Source of the DNA: Vulcanimicrobiota bacterium
Lineage (GTDB): Bacteria; Vulcanimicrobiota; Vulcanimicrobiia; Vulcanimicrobiales; Vulcanimicrobiaceae
Reading direction: 5' to 3'
NCBI GenBank assembly: GCA_963714015.1
Contig: OY970223.1
Coordinates: 2,656,001 to 2,720,000, forward strand
Length of the DNA stretch: 64,000 bases
Positions within the stretch are counted from its first letter, which is position 1. Every line of letters begins with the position of its first letter. A model generated the notes under the pieces. The model was not told the DNA's origin. It made no database searches and saw only the letters and a program-made list of their open reading frames with translations. The translations under genes were made by a program, and so were the position numbers. Below, in pieces: positions 20,205 to 30,149 of this stretch.

Positions 20205-20531
20205 CTATAAAATCGTCGAAATCATCTCGGTCAGACATTCCCGAAGAGCCTCCTCGTCGGTCGGCTCCATGTACGGCTCCGCCCACTTCGACGGCGGCGG
20301 CTCGTATTCGCCCACGACCATCGTTCCCAAGTCTTTGCGCTTGCCTTCGAGCAAGCACCGCTCGCAATTTGCGGCGTTCTCTCCGTGCTCGCAGCAGTAA
20401 ATGCAATGGTCGAACCCGTGAGAGATCCGCACGCATTGCCGGCACAGATGGTAGGGCTGGTCGGCGCCCGTCGCCTTAACCAGCCACTTTCCACCGAAGT
20501 AGAGGACCAGCCCGATTATCAGCAGTTCCAC
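20205..20531 (-). CDS. Membrane-anchored Cys-rich protein
   Basis: N-terminal TM segment plus three CxxC. Confidence 0.5.
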   Translation of the reverse strand: MELLIIGLVLYFGGKWLVKATGADQPYHLCRQCVRISHGFDHCIYCCEHGENAANCERCLLEGKRKDLGTMVVGEYEPPPSKWAEPYMEPTDEEALRECLTEMISTIL

Positions 20532-20538
20532 CCCTCGA

Positions 20539-20928
20539 TTATACCTCGCTAGCGGCCGCCGCGGACGAAATCAAATCCGCCCGGAGTTCGTAGCAGAGAT
20601 ACCCCAGCGCTCGGGTGTAATTGCCCTCAGCCGTACACCTATAGTATGCAGCGATTTTCGTGTTCCGAATGTCGTCTACAAGACCCGGGCACTTTCCTGA
20701 GTTCACCGTTAGGCCGTATCCCACGTTAGACCGAATTTGCGCGTTCAAGGCATTGATTCGGTCAGGAATGCTGGGATTTCCGCATCGAACCCGCATTTCG
20801 ACGGGAATGTGATATGCGCGAAGAAATCGTTTTACCTCCGCATACGTCCAGCTCGAAGCGCTATCGCCGTAAATTTGGACGCCGTTCGCTCTAGCGATCT
20901 CTCCGAGTTCTCCTTCAAACGCTGACAC
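20539..20928 (-). CDS. Stand-alone terminase-nuclease-domain-like protein
   Basis: Colinear similarity to the C-terminus of this phage's TerL (NGVQIYGD, DRINALNA, KCPGLVDD, ALGY). Confidence 0.6.
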   Translation of the reverse strand: MSAFEGELGEIARANGVQIYGDSASSWTYAEVKRFLRAYHIPVEMRVRCGNPSIPDRINALNAQIRSNVGYGLTVNSGKCPGLVDDIRNTKIAAYYRCTAEGNYTRALGYLCYELRADLISSAAAASEV

Positions 20929-20949
20929 GCTTGCGCCCGCGCTTTCGCA

Positions 20950-21320
20950 TCTAAACTCGCGTAGGAAATGAACGACGGCGTGAGTGCCAAGACTATCGCG
21001 GCAACCGCACCACCCCGCGATCCGAGAATGGCCTGCCCCGCGCGATAGGTGAACGCCAGCGCCCCGAATGCGAACACCGCCGAGAGGGAACGGATGGCGA
21101 TGGCGCTCTCGCCGACGTGCAGCCACAGATGCAGCAAAACATAATAAAGCGCGAACACCGCATCGCGGCGATGAAACTCCATCCACAAGTCGTGCCAGGG
21201 TAACCTTGCCGCGGCGACCGAGAAGGCTTCGTCAACCCACAGGCTGCGCGCATTGATCGTTAGGGCGATAAGCGCGCCGGCGACCAAGAACGAGGGAACC
21301 AGGAAGAGGAACCGTGGGAC
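20950..21320 (-). pseudogene. Fragment of a GT-C (PMT/ArnT-like) membrane glycosyltransferase
   Basis: SLWVDEAFS..LYYVLLHLW..GESAIAIRSLS..LALTP..Y; N-terminal part only, boundaries approximate. Confidence 0.7.
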
Positions 21321-21482
21321 GGAAGTGACCCGTTCGAGCTCGCGCCCACACACCTTGTGCAATCATGGTAATGGAAATCCGGCTTGGCCGAGCAAGCGCC
21401 CTTCGTCCACCTGGCCCAAAGATTTATAGCCTCAACGGCCCAGGTATCGGCTCGGGTCTGCATCCCCGATGTATCGACACAT

Positions 21483-21827
21483 TCACGCAGCTTCCCCATT
21501 CCTTACGAAGCCATGCCACGCGCACGGCGCATGTTGAAGCAAAACGCTCGCGGCAGCGGGGCCGATAAACGTAAGATCGTCAATCGTCGTTCCTGATGGT
21601 ACCCAGCGTCCCGGCAAGGGGCGCTCGTCCTCCGGCACGCCGCGATCTGCGAACCAGCAGATGACGCTATGCGTTCCGCGCTTGCCGCCGTTCGTCGCGT
21701 AACACGCCGGGCACAGAAACGAGACGCCCTGCGCGTCGTTAACCATATCGACGTGCCGATACACGGTTCGACCGTCCTCTTGCGCGATGCGAACAAGTTG
21801 CGCTTCAAGGTCACGCAGTCTGGGCAT
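21483..21827 (-). CDS. Zn-binding phage protein (DUF6527-like)
   Basis: FLCPAC..H..GRW..DLTF..SV..CAWHGFVRNG. Confidence 0.55.
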   Translation of the reverse strand: MPRLRDLEAQLVRIAQEDGRTVYRHVDMVNDAQGVSFLCPACYATNGGKRGTHSVICWFADRGVPEDERPLPGRWVPSGTTIDDLTFIGPAAASVLLQHAPCAWHGFVRNGEAA

Positions 21828-22170
21828 TTCCTATCTCCTTGCTCGACTCATCACACCATGCGGAAAACTCGCGCCACACCGCACCGTCTCTGCCGCCTTC
21901 GACGAGAATCTTTACCGCATCGCGCTTTAGCGCATCAAGTAGCCATCGCGGAACCTTGATCCGTGCGTGTGGATCGCTACGGTCGGATTGAAACGTGAAG
22001 AATCGCTTGAAGCGCCCGTTCTTAAATGTTTCGGAGCTGCGCGCCATAAGGGTAACGCAGTGAGCGTCCGCGTCGATAGCCACGACGACCTCCGACGCAT
22101 GTAACTGGGGTACTGTTTGCTTGTCGCTCAAAAGTGCATCCCTCCGGCGGCGCGATACGCTTTCCGCCAT
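21811..22170 (-). CDS. Hypothetical protein
   Basis: 119-aa ORF in the operon. Confidence 0.4.
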   Translation of the reverse strand: MAESVSRRRRDALLSDKQTVPQLHASEVVVAIDADAHCVTLMARSSETFKNGRFKRFFTFQSDRSDPHARIKVPRWLLDALKRDAVKILVEGGRDGAVWREFSAWCDESSKEIGNAQTA

Positions 22171-22522
22171 TTGCTTCGGGCATACGGCTTCATGTGATAG
22201 AGGCCGTGCGATAAGTGCATGTAGCGCGGTCGTGCATGGCGCTCAGGCGCGTGCTTTCGGGTCGAACTTGAAGAACCGCTCAACGGCAACGGGCAAGTGT
22301 CTCTGGCACGCCCAAATGCCGTGGCCTTGAATGGTCTCGACGCGATACTCCGCGAACGCTCCGCATTTCTCGAACTTCGCCAAGCAGCACGGCTCCTTGC
22401 AATCGAACGCAGCGAATACGCGTGCCACCATGCCGACGCGAAGGCGATCCCGTTTTTGCCGCTCAACATAGAGGCTTGTGACGCTCATGTCTATGCGAGA
22501 CCATTTAGGTAGATGCTGACTT

Positions 22523-23257
22523 TCACGATGCAAACAACTCCCCTTGCGCCAATCGACGCGCAGCTCGTTCGGCGTACTTCTCGTTAACCTCGAAGCCAAT
22601 AGCGCGCCGACCGGCGATACGTGCGGCAGCGAGGGTCGCCCCCGAACCAGCGAACATATCGAGCACGACGCCTTTCGGCGGGCACGCGTACTTTATTAGT
22701 GGGACCAGGATTTCGACGGGCTTCTCGGTGGGATGCAACGCCTTGCCGTGCATTGACGCGGCGTACATAACCGACGTGGCGAGAACGGGCCCACCATCAA
22801 CGGTTTCGTAAAACGTGCGCGATTCAGCTTTGCCAAACTGCGTCGGGCGGCTTTTACTGCGCACGGTTCTTTTTGTCGTGGTGTTCGTGTATTGCGGCTC
22901 ACGGTAGATGTCCGCCCATTCGCCACGGTAGAAGTGGATCGCGTGTTCGTGTACGCGCCGGAAACGGTCATTGTGAAAACCTGAACCGTTGTGCTTCTCC
23001 CAAACAATATCATGGCTTTGCTGCCAGCCAGCAGATTCAAACTCAGCCGCTCTGTCCATGAACATGCGCATGGAGCCAAAGCACCACATCGAAACGCCTG
23101 GCGCTTTCGCGGGCCAACCATCGGGCCAGCGGTCCCACTCGAGCGACGTTACTCCGTAAGGCGGGTCCGTAACGATGACATCGGCGCGCGGCAACGCTAC
23201 TTGCAGAGAGTCCGCAAGGTAGAGCGTTACGCATCCGTCGTCAAAGTACGGCTTCAT
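22523..23257 (-). CDS. DNA N6-adenine/N4-cytosine methyltransferase (beta class)
   Basis: TDPPY, HPTEKP, VLDMFAGSGAT. Confidence 0.95.
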   Translation of the reverse strand: MKPYFDDGCVTLYLADSLQVALPRADVIVTDPPYGVTSLEWDRWPDGWPAKAPGVSMWCFGSMRMFMDRAAEFESAGWQQSHDIVWEKHNGSGFHNDRFRRVHEHAIHFYRGEWADIYREPQYTNTTTKRTVRSKSRPTQFGKAESRTFYETVDGGPVLATSVMYAASMHGKALHPTEKPVEILVPLIKYACPPKGVVLDMFAGSGATLAAARIAGRRAIGFEVNEKYAERAARRLAQGELFAS

Positions 23258-23281
23258 TCGTCAGTAGTGCCCGATGCTGAC

Positions 23282-23563
23282 TTACGCGGCAGCTTCGACC
23301 GGCGAACCGTACCGCGCACCCAGGTACGCGATAACGCGGTCGTAGCCCGATTGATCCAGCTCCTCAATAGCGATCTCTGCGTCGAACAATCCAGCGGCCG
23401 CGTCGAGTAGGGCGCGCTCGCGATCAGCGGCGACCTCCGGTGCTGGTTTCGCGCGACGGCGATACGTCGTTTTGTGGCCAGCCTCTTTGTAGTGCTTGCG
23501 AAGCAGCCCGAGGCTCACGAATCCGTTTTTGCCGCAGGTCTTACATGAGAACGTTGTAGCCAT
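23282..23563 (-). CDS. C2H2 zinc-finger protein
   Basis: CKTCGKNGFVSLGLLRKHYKEAGH; AGGAG RBS. Confidence 0.65.
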   Translation of the reverse strand: MATTFSCKTCGKNGFVSLGLLRKHYKEAGHKTTYRRRAKPAPEVAADRERALLDAAAGLFDAEIAIEELDQSGYDRVIAYLGARYGSPVEAAA

Positions 23564-23731
23564 TAGTCTTTCTCCTGTTGTGGGTCAGAGTATCTTGGTT
23601 CTGCGTTACGCCGCGCCATTTCGGCCGCACGGCATGGCCCGTTGTGTCCGATGCCACCGCCGCGCTTGCGAACGCAGCCCACGCAAGAGCAGCGCCATTC
23701 CACCTTCGGCGCATCTAGTTTTCGCTTTGCG

Positions 23732-24139
23732 TTATTCACAGCCGAGCGCCTCGGTTACGATCCGCGTAACTTCAACCCACGACTCGATGCCCGGTCCACA
23801 TTCGTCGCCGGTGCTGACCTTCAGGACGGCTTCGAGCGCCGCTTTGTATTTGTCAGCATCTGCAGCATTGGTGTACGTTGCGCGCCGTAGCAGCGTAACA
23901 TGGGCGTCATATTTCGGCTCGATGACGACCGTGCTGCTGTCCCAGGTTTCGCGCATTGGGGACAGGCGTGGGTTCTTCGGCGTCACGGACTGGCTGAGCC
24001 ATGCGATCTCGATATTGTCGCCATCCGGCAGAACGTCCACAACAATAGCATCCCACCCGTCGCCCGGCAGTTCGCGATTTGGCTCCGGTAGATTGGGGTC
24101 AAGCGATATGCGAACAATGTCGCCAATTTGATACGTCAT
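23732..24139 (-). CDS. Hypothetical protein
   Basis: MTYQIGDIVRI..; 3' part of the 277-aa ORF. Confidence 0.5.
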   Translation of the reverse strand: MTYQIGDIVRISLDPNLPEPNRELPGDGWDAIVVDVLPDGDNIEIAWLSQSVTPKNPRLSPMRETWDSSTVVIEPKYDAHVTLLRRATYTNAADADKYKAALEAVLKVSTGDECGPGIESWVEVTRIVTEALGCE

Positions 24140-24146
24140 AACTATG

Positions 24147-24608
24147 TTATTCAGCACCGTGGGCATCCTCCGCGCAGCGCCAACCGTGCTCGAACATCTC
24201 GACGTTAAGATCGCGCGGCGTCGTGCCCTTGTATGTTTCCTCGTCGCCAAAGTACCGGCTAAACTCCGCGTCAACGTTCTCTTTCGGTGTTCGACGATAT
24301 GCTTGTTTTGGGACCTGAGCGCCGCAAACGTGTTCGCCTGCACGCAAGCAGTCTTTCCGATCCGGAAAATCGTCTGGATTCTCCGGGTCGATAATGCACG
24401 GCGCATCTTCCGGCTGCTCTGTCGCCTCAGATTCACGGATTCGTCGCAGAGTTGCCTGAAGTTCGCCAATGCGAATGTCGGGGCGTATGTCATCGACCTG
24501 AGCCGGATTTTGCCCGCAGTAGCGATGCAACTCGGCAATCCTCGCGCTGATGATTTTTGCCGCACTGTTTGGCAATACAGTCGTTTTTACGTCGCCGGCC
24601 ATGCCCAA
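24147..24608 (-). CDS. Hypothetical protein
   Basis: ORF in the operon. Confidence 0.45.
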   Translation of the reverse strand: MGMAGDVKTTVLPNSAAKIISARIAELHRYCGQNPAQVDDIRPDIRIGELQATLRRIRESEATEQPEDAPCIIDPENPDDFPDRKDCLRAGEHVCGAQVPKQAYRRTPKENVDAEFSRYFGDEETYKGTTPRDLNVEMFEHGWRCAEDAHGAE

Positions 24609-25108
24609 TTCCCTTTGCCGTATTTTGCGTTCATGGTATCTATGTACTGGCGCGCCAAGCTCAGCAGCTCGCCGTAAGCCCTCACCCGATCGTCTTTTTC
24701 CTTTTCGCGGTAGCGTTGCACGGCAATACGGCGCTCGTTGCGTCTACGCATTTTGTCGGGCAGGCAGGGAACATTCGGGTGCCGAGCCATGTATTGCAAG
24801 TCCGTGAGGCACTCCGTACAGCGCAGCGAAAGCATCGACAGTTTGTGCGCGCCTAACACGGATACAGTCTCTTTCATTTCGGCCAGCAAATCCCGAACGC
24901 GAGCGCAAGCCAGCCGACCCGCAACGTGCGGTAGTTTGAAAACTCCGTGACACCGATATGCGGCGTAATCCATACGTCTTTCCATGACCACTCGGCCGTC
25001 AGGAGAAAGTGCGTCCCGGGAATCCAAGCGCACGGACCCGGCTTACGCTTGTAGCCGCTCGGGTCAGGTTCCCGAACCTGTGCCTCAGTATATGAGGTTG
25101 AGGTGCGA

Positions 25109-25492
25109 TCAGTCATTGAAGTGCAGCCACCGTTTTACGGATGTGCGCTTGCTCTCGGCTTGAGCGTGAATCGTCTCCTTGTTGAGGTCGCCCGCTTCGC
25201 ATAGGCGGATCATCGCGTGGCGAACGTCGCCCAACTCGTTTTCGAGCAGCCGTCGATTCGTCAGGCCGTCGTCAGTAATCGGGTTGTGGCTTTCGTATCC
25301 ATGCCGAAGGACTTTGCCGATAACATGGATCGCTTCGCCCATTTCCTCGGCAAGCAGTGCAAGACGCTCGTATTCGGCGGGGCTGAGTCCCACACGGTAC
25401 GTCGCTACCGTCGAAAACAACTCGCGCTCAGGAAGCGGCTCGCTGTTCCGAAGTTCGTGGTCTAACTGTTCCCGCTTCGATCCGCCGGGCAT
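25109..25492 (-). CDS. MazG-like NTP pyrophosphohydrolase
   Basis: LAEEMGE..KVLRHG..LENELGDV (EExxE...ExxD); GGAGG RBS. Confidence 0.8.
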   Translation of the reverse strand: MPGGSKREQLDHELRNSEPLPERELFSTVATYRVGLSPAEYERLALLAEEMGEAIHVIGKVLRHGYESHNPITDDGLTNRRLLENELGDVRHAMIRLCEAGDLNKETIHAQAESKRTSVKRWLHFND

Positions 25493-25842
25493 TATATCGC
25501 CTCCAATTCGTGACCAAACATATTCATTAGGCCCCCGCGATCCCAAAGGACGCCCCATGCGGCGAAGCCTAGTCCGCGCTTCACAATGTATCCCATCCAA
25601 CCGCTGCGCTTGTCGCGAACGCGCTGTCCCACACGGAATGTATCTTTGGCGACCTGTTCAGCCATTAGCAATCTCCATCTCGCGGAACCTTGCGTAGTCG
25701 TGCGCTTGTCCCATGCAGGCGATATAACTCCGCAAGCACTCTATCTCGAAAGCCGCTCTACCGCATGTTGGACTCGGCCACGTCTTTTCTAGCATCCGCA
25801 GGTCGTCCACAATGTCAGTGTCCGCCGATATGGTCGAATCAG

Positions 25843-26905
25843 TCATGCGGCTTGCTCCCGTTCTGCGATTATCGCTTGTAGCATCGCCTTGCATACCGCT
25901 TTCGCCATGTACGCCGGCCAAGAGTTTGCTATCAATTGCCCGCGCTGCGTCTTGGTCGTCCCGGCCCAATCCCATGAATCGGCAAGGCTGTGCGCGCGCG
26001 CCATTTCGAGCAGCGAGGGATTGCGGCACCCTTCCGCTTGCGATAGGTCTGCGTGCCAACCGCTTGCGGTTAGTGATCGCATGAAGCCGTTGTCATCTAG
26101 CGGGATGGTTTCCGTCTTGGGCCAGTTACCGCGCATCCCAATCTTGAGCAATTTGCCGTTGCGAACGTCGTGGCCGTGCCAGACTATGTGCCGTCAGAGA
26201 GCCGAGCATTTCGTCGTCGTTGTAGTGGCCGTGATTGCCGGCCTTATGCAAACTTGGCGGAGCCATCGTAACGAACCCCGAAACGCCGCCTTTACCCGCC
26301 GTTAGGGAGCCCAGGAAGCCGTCGTCCGTCGCCGGATGCTTCTGCCCTTTCAGGCGCTTCCAAATCGCCCTCTCGTCGGCTCCAGGCTCGCGTATATCGT
26401 GAATGCGACGCGGCCCCGGCGTTTCGATGACGTGGAGTAGGTAGTTCGAGTAGAACCACCGCTCACGGGTCGTAACGTCACCAAAGTCTGAAGCGCACAG
26501 TTTCATGGCGAAGGGCGCATTTATCAGGCGCGAAGCGACGTTTTCCATGACCCACGCCGCACCTTCGGATAAGCGCAAGAAATCAGCGAGACAGCAACGC
26601 GGCGCTACGTATCCGCCGACGTTGCACTTACACTTCTTTTGGCCGGCTTGGCTATGGTCTTGGCACGGGGGACCGCCAATTACGATGTCGTGTGGCGGCA
26701 AATCTGCGCGCGTCAGTTTCTTCACGTCGGCCACCCGCGCCACGGGATGCCGTTGGTTGGCATTGTAAACCCGCACGGCCGGCCCCCAGGAGTCGATCGC
26801 GTCCACGACTTCAACCGGAACGCCTAACTCGTCTGCGGCCCAATAGAGCCCCAAGTCCGAACCGCCAATTCCACAGAAAAGCGAAACAACGCGAATCGGT
26901 TCCAC
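25843..26905 (-). CDS. DNA cytosine-5 methyltransferase (frameshift near 26170)
   Basis: SLFCGIGG, GGPPCQ, MENV, RER; motifs IX-X in the downstream frame. Confidence 0.88.
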
Positions 26906-27132
26906 GCTATGAATCGCCTTTCGGTGGAATGGTCGAACTCATAACACGCCTTCCAGTTCCTGGATCGCCATGCGCCGGCCAAAGCAGTGTTTGCACTCCG
27001 GTTTACAAGTGCAGGCCCCATTGAAGCCGCGCAGTATGTCGATACGCCGCTGGATGAACACTGAAGCCACAACATCGCTGTTCCCGATCTCGTCATCGGT
27101 GGGCTCATCTAAGACGGGTATGCTGCGGTTAG

Positions 27133-27246
27133 TCATGCTGGCACCGGAACAGGCTGCTCGACGGGCATCGGCTCAAACTTCTGCGGCAGCGGAAGTTCCT
27201 TCGGAGTCACAGTGATTTCGCGCAGCGGTTCGCCAATTTCGGCCAT
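27133..27246 (-). CDS. Small Pro-rich peptide
   Basis: MAEIGEPLREITVTPKELP..; GAGGA RBS. Confidence 0.5.
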   Translation of the reverse strand: MAEIGEPLREITVTPKELPLPQKFEPMPVEQPVPVPA

Positions 27247-27247
27247 A

Positions 27248-27976
27248 TTATTTCCTCGCGTGCGGCGGAATGTATCCACCCATGAATGACTTAAACGGGT
27301 GGCGCATCGTCTTTGCCGCGAAGCCCTTCTCGCGCTTGTCAACGGGCGTATCCGCGCACGGATCAATGGTAAGCACCAATGCCTCGCGGATGTCGGCGTA
27401 CGAGCTAAACATCGTCACGTGGGCCTGACGCGCTCGCCCAGCTTCCTCGGCGCGCTCCTTCAATTCCACGACGAGCTCCATCGGCATTGGTGCAACCTCG
27501 CAACCGTACTGCTGACTCAGCGTGCGCAGCGTGCCGTGCATCTTTTCGTCGGCCTCGGGGTGGACAAAGAACACCTGCGGGTACGCATATTGCGAACGGT
27601 AGCCGCCTTCGTGCTCGATGATGCGGCCCCACAGCGCGACGCGGCCATAGACGTTCCCGCCATTCGGAATGTCCCGCACGCGCTTCATTGCGTAGAATCC
27701 GCACTTGCACCCATAATTCGGCGCTTCGTGGTGCTCGTCGTCATCTGGAATCGCCTTTGCGGGGTTCTGGGCACCGCCCATAGCCGTGTACATATCAAGC
27801 ATACCGGAAAAATACGAATCCGCATGATGGACACACGCAGCAGCGGGGGCGGCGAGGCGCGGCCACGCCTTCCTGCCGTCCCCGGTCGATTTCACTTGGC
27901 GGCATGATGCGGACACCGCCCAAGAGCGGTATGCAATAATCGGGCTATCGTTCACAAAGCCTCCTTGGTTCGACAT
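27248..27976 (-). CDS. Conserved hypothetical protein
   Basis: IAYRSW..CKCGFYA..GRVALWGRIIEHEGGYRSQYAYP. Confidence 0.65.
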   Translation of the reverse strand: MSNQGGFVNDSPIIAYRSWAVSASCRQVKSTGDGRKAWPRLAAPAAACVHHADSYFSGMLDMYTAMGGAQNPAKAIPDDDEHHEAPNYGCKCGFYAMKRVRDIPNGGNVYGRVALWGRIIEHEGGYRSQYAYPQVFFVHPEADEKMHGTLRTLSQQYGCEVAPMPMELVVELKERAEEAGRARQAHVTMFSSYADIREALVLTIDPCADTPVDKREKGFAAKTMRHPFKSFMGGYIPPHARK

Positions 27977-27995
27977 TTGTTGAGAATGCTCACGT

Positions 27996-28112
27996 TTAGT
28001 TGCCCTCGCCGGGTCCGCCGAACAGCGCCTTCACCCAATCGAACGCATACGCAATCAGCGCAGCAACCAGCACGACGGCGACGAGCAACGCCCCCAGCAG
28101 ATGGCGGTTCAT
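27996..28112 (-). CDS. Small single-TM peptide
   Basis: MNRHLLGALLVAVVLVAALIAYAF; downstream of the SLT gene. Confidence 0.45.
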   Translation of the reverse strand: MNRHLLGALLVAVVLVAALIAYAFDWVKALFGGPGEGN

Positions 28113-28206
28113 TGCCACACCCAGCGAATCACTCGGTGCAGCGAGAGCGCACCCGGATACATCGGCTCCCAGCGCACGATGCGCACGAGTCTCAGCATCC
28201 CGCACA

Positions 28207-29052
28207 TCACAGACCCTCCGGCATCAGTACCTGTCCGCCGAGAGTCTTCGCAAACGCGTATTCAAGATGCGCGACGTGCAGCACATGGGAGGGCGTCGGC
28301 TCGTTCTCCGAGATCATCTTCTCCGCGCCTTCATCCCCGAAGTTGTAGGCCAGCGTGCTCACCGCGAACCGGTTCTTGTATACCGGATTCACCGTCGCGG
28401 GCAGCGTGGGAATCAGTTTGTCGGCAAAAGCCAACTCTTCACGCATCTTGTTCGCAAACCAAGGCACGGCTTTAGATGGATCGCAAAGGAACGCGTGCGC
28501 TGCGAACACGTCTTCGATCTCATTGCTTCCCAAGAGGTACCGGATCTTGCCTTGCGCTACGCCGACGTCGTAGCCGCACGGGTCCTTCGCCTTGTTCGAT
28601 CCGAGGAAGTTGCCGTTCTGGCATTGCACGTCGAATACCGATTCGATGCATAAGCACGCCAGCACATACTCGACGGTGAACCCGTCGACGGCTTCGGCTT
28701 TGACCCGATCGGCAACGGCCTGCCCCTGGGTTTCGTCGATCTTGTGGATGACGACGCCTTTTTCCGCGATAACGAGCTGGCCGTCGATGAACGACGTCTT
28801 CCAGTTCTGATCGAGAATCAGCTGCGTCAGGGGATCGGTATGCGCGACTACCGGAGCAGACTGCGCATTCGCAACCAGCGTTGCGGGCTCGACCGGATGC
28901 TCGTCGACAATGGTCAGATCGAGCGTCGCGTGGAACCGGTGATAAACGCGGTCTGCGATGCGTTCCCGCTCGCGATCGGTAAGGTGCACGAGCGCGTAGT
29001 TATGCTCGATGCCGTATTTGTCGAATTCCTGCCAGACTTCCAAAGTGCTCAT
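28207..29052 (-). CDS. Lytic transglycosylase (SLT/lysozyme-like) domain protein
   Basis: CIESVF (catalytic E), DVGVAQ, LAYNFG. Confidence 0.7.
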   Translation of the reverse strand: MSTLEVWQEFDKYGIEHNYALVHLTDRERERIADRVYHRFHATLDLTIVDEHPVEPATLVANAQSAPVVAHTDPLTQLILDQNWKTSFIDGQLVIAEKGVVIHKIDETQGQAVADRVKAEAVDGFTVEYVLACLCIESVFDVQCQNGNFLGSNKAKDPCGYDVGVAQGKIRYLLGSNEIEDVFAAHAFLCDPSKAVPWFANKMREELAFADKLIPTLPATVNPVYKNRFAVSTLAYNFGDEGAEKMISENEPTPSHVLHVAHLEYAFAKTLGGQVLMPEGL

Positions 29053-29567
29053 ACCGCCTCCGTTAAAACTTCCGAGCCCCATACGGTCCATCCGGATCGC
29101 GGCTCTCTCGCAAACATTTCAAGTCGCGGTCCAGGCGACACGCGCTCGATCGCGGCGTACGCTTCCGCCGGCTTCGCGCTATGACGTCCGCGCGGCGCGT
29201 GAACCACTGACGGCACGTTGCGGACTTCGGGTACCATCGCATCGCCGCGCACGCCGAATAAGCACAGCTCGTGCTGCCCGCGCAGGTACTGGCCGAGACC
29301 GATCTTGTCTTTGCACCAGACGAGATTCGTGACGTAGCGGAAACCGAGCGCCGACATCACGGTAAGACCGTCAGGTAAAAAATTGTTCGTTGTCCACAAC
29401 CAGAGGTGCGCGCTCTCGTCGATCGTCCAGACGTCGGCGCGCTGCACCGTGTAAATGATCGAGGCGATGTCCATCGTCGGATAATGCCGGTCGGCGCCGC
29501 GCTTGATCTGGCCGCCTCCGTGCTCCTGCCAGGGCGGGTCCATCGCGACCGTTTTGAACGCCGTCAT
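29049..29567 (-). CDS. MT-A70 family adenine methyltransferase
   Basis: MDPPW, HLWLWTTN, WCK..GLGQYLRGQHE, HSAKP, LEMFAR. Confidence 0.92.
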   Translation of the reverse strand: MTAFKTVAMDPPWQEHGGGQIKRGADRHYPTMDIASIIYTVQRADVWTIDESAHLWLWTTNNFLPDGLTVMSALGFRYVTNLVWCKDKIGLGQYLRGQHELCLFGVRGDAMVPEVRNVPSVVHAPRGRHSAKPAEAYAAIERVSPGPRLEMFAREPRSGWTVWGSEVLTEAV

Positions 29568-30149
29568 AGCGTCTCGCCGTAGCCAGCCTTCCGGCTGAGT
29601 AGATCGACGACCGTCCGAAGCATGCGTACGTGGGCATCGCGCGCCCCAGTCTTGACGTCTGCATTGATCTCGCACAGGCTCTTCGGCTCTTTGAAGACCG
29701 GCGTGGCTTCGAGAAGAGCGAGCAGCGCGCGGTCCGCCGGCGTAAAGAACAGCGTTCCGCGCCTCTTGGCGAGCTCCCGACGGATCTGCACGGCGTTACT
29801 CATCGCATGCGATCTCGGTAATGCGCAGCGGTAAGGCATCCGGCTGGACCTGGGCTTTCCGTGCCTGGGCTTTCCGTGCTGGAGATCGCCGATGCTTGCC
29901 CTATCTTCTCTGTAGAGGACATGCCCGGACTCCACCGTTTAGGGTCCGCGTATGAGCACGCTACGCTGGAAAAAGCCGGTTCAATCGGGAGGAGCCGCGT
30001 TGATTCTGGCACTTGCACGCGCAATGCCTCAATACGTACGATGCCCGCGGAAACCGCATAGGAGGTTCTTATGAACAAGTGGGAATGGCTTACGCGAAGG
30101 CTCGACCGCTTCGCTTGGCTGTTTTCGACCGGAGCCCAGTGGCGGCGAC

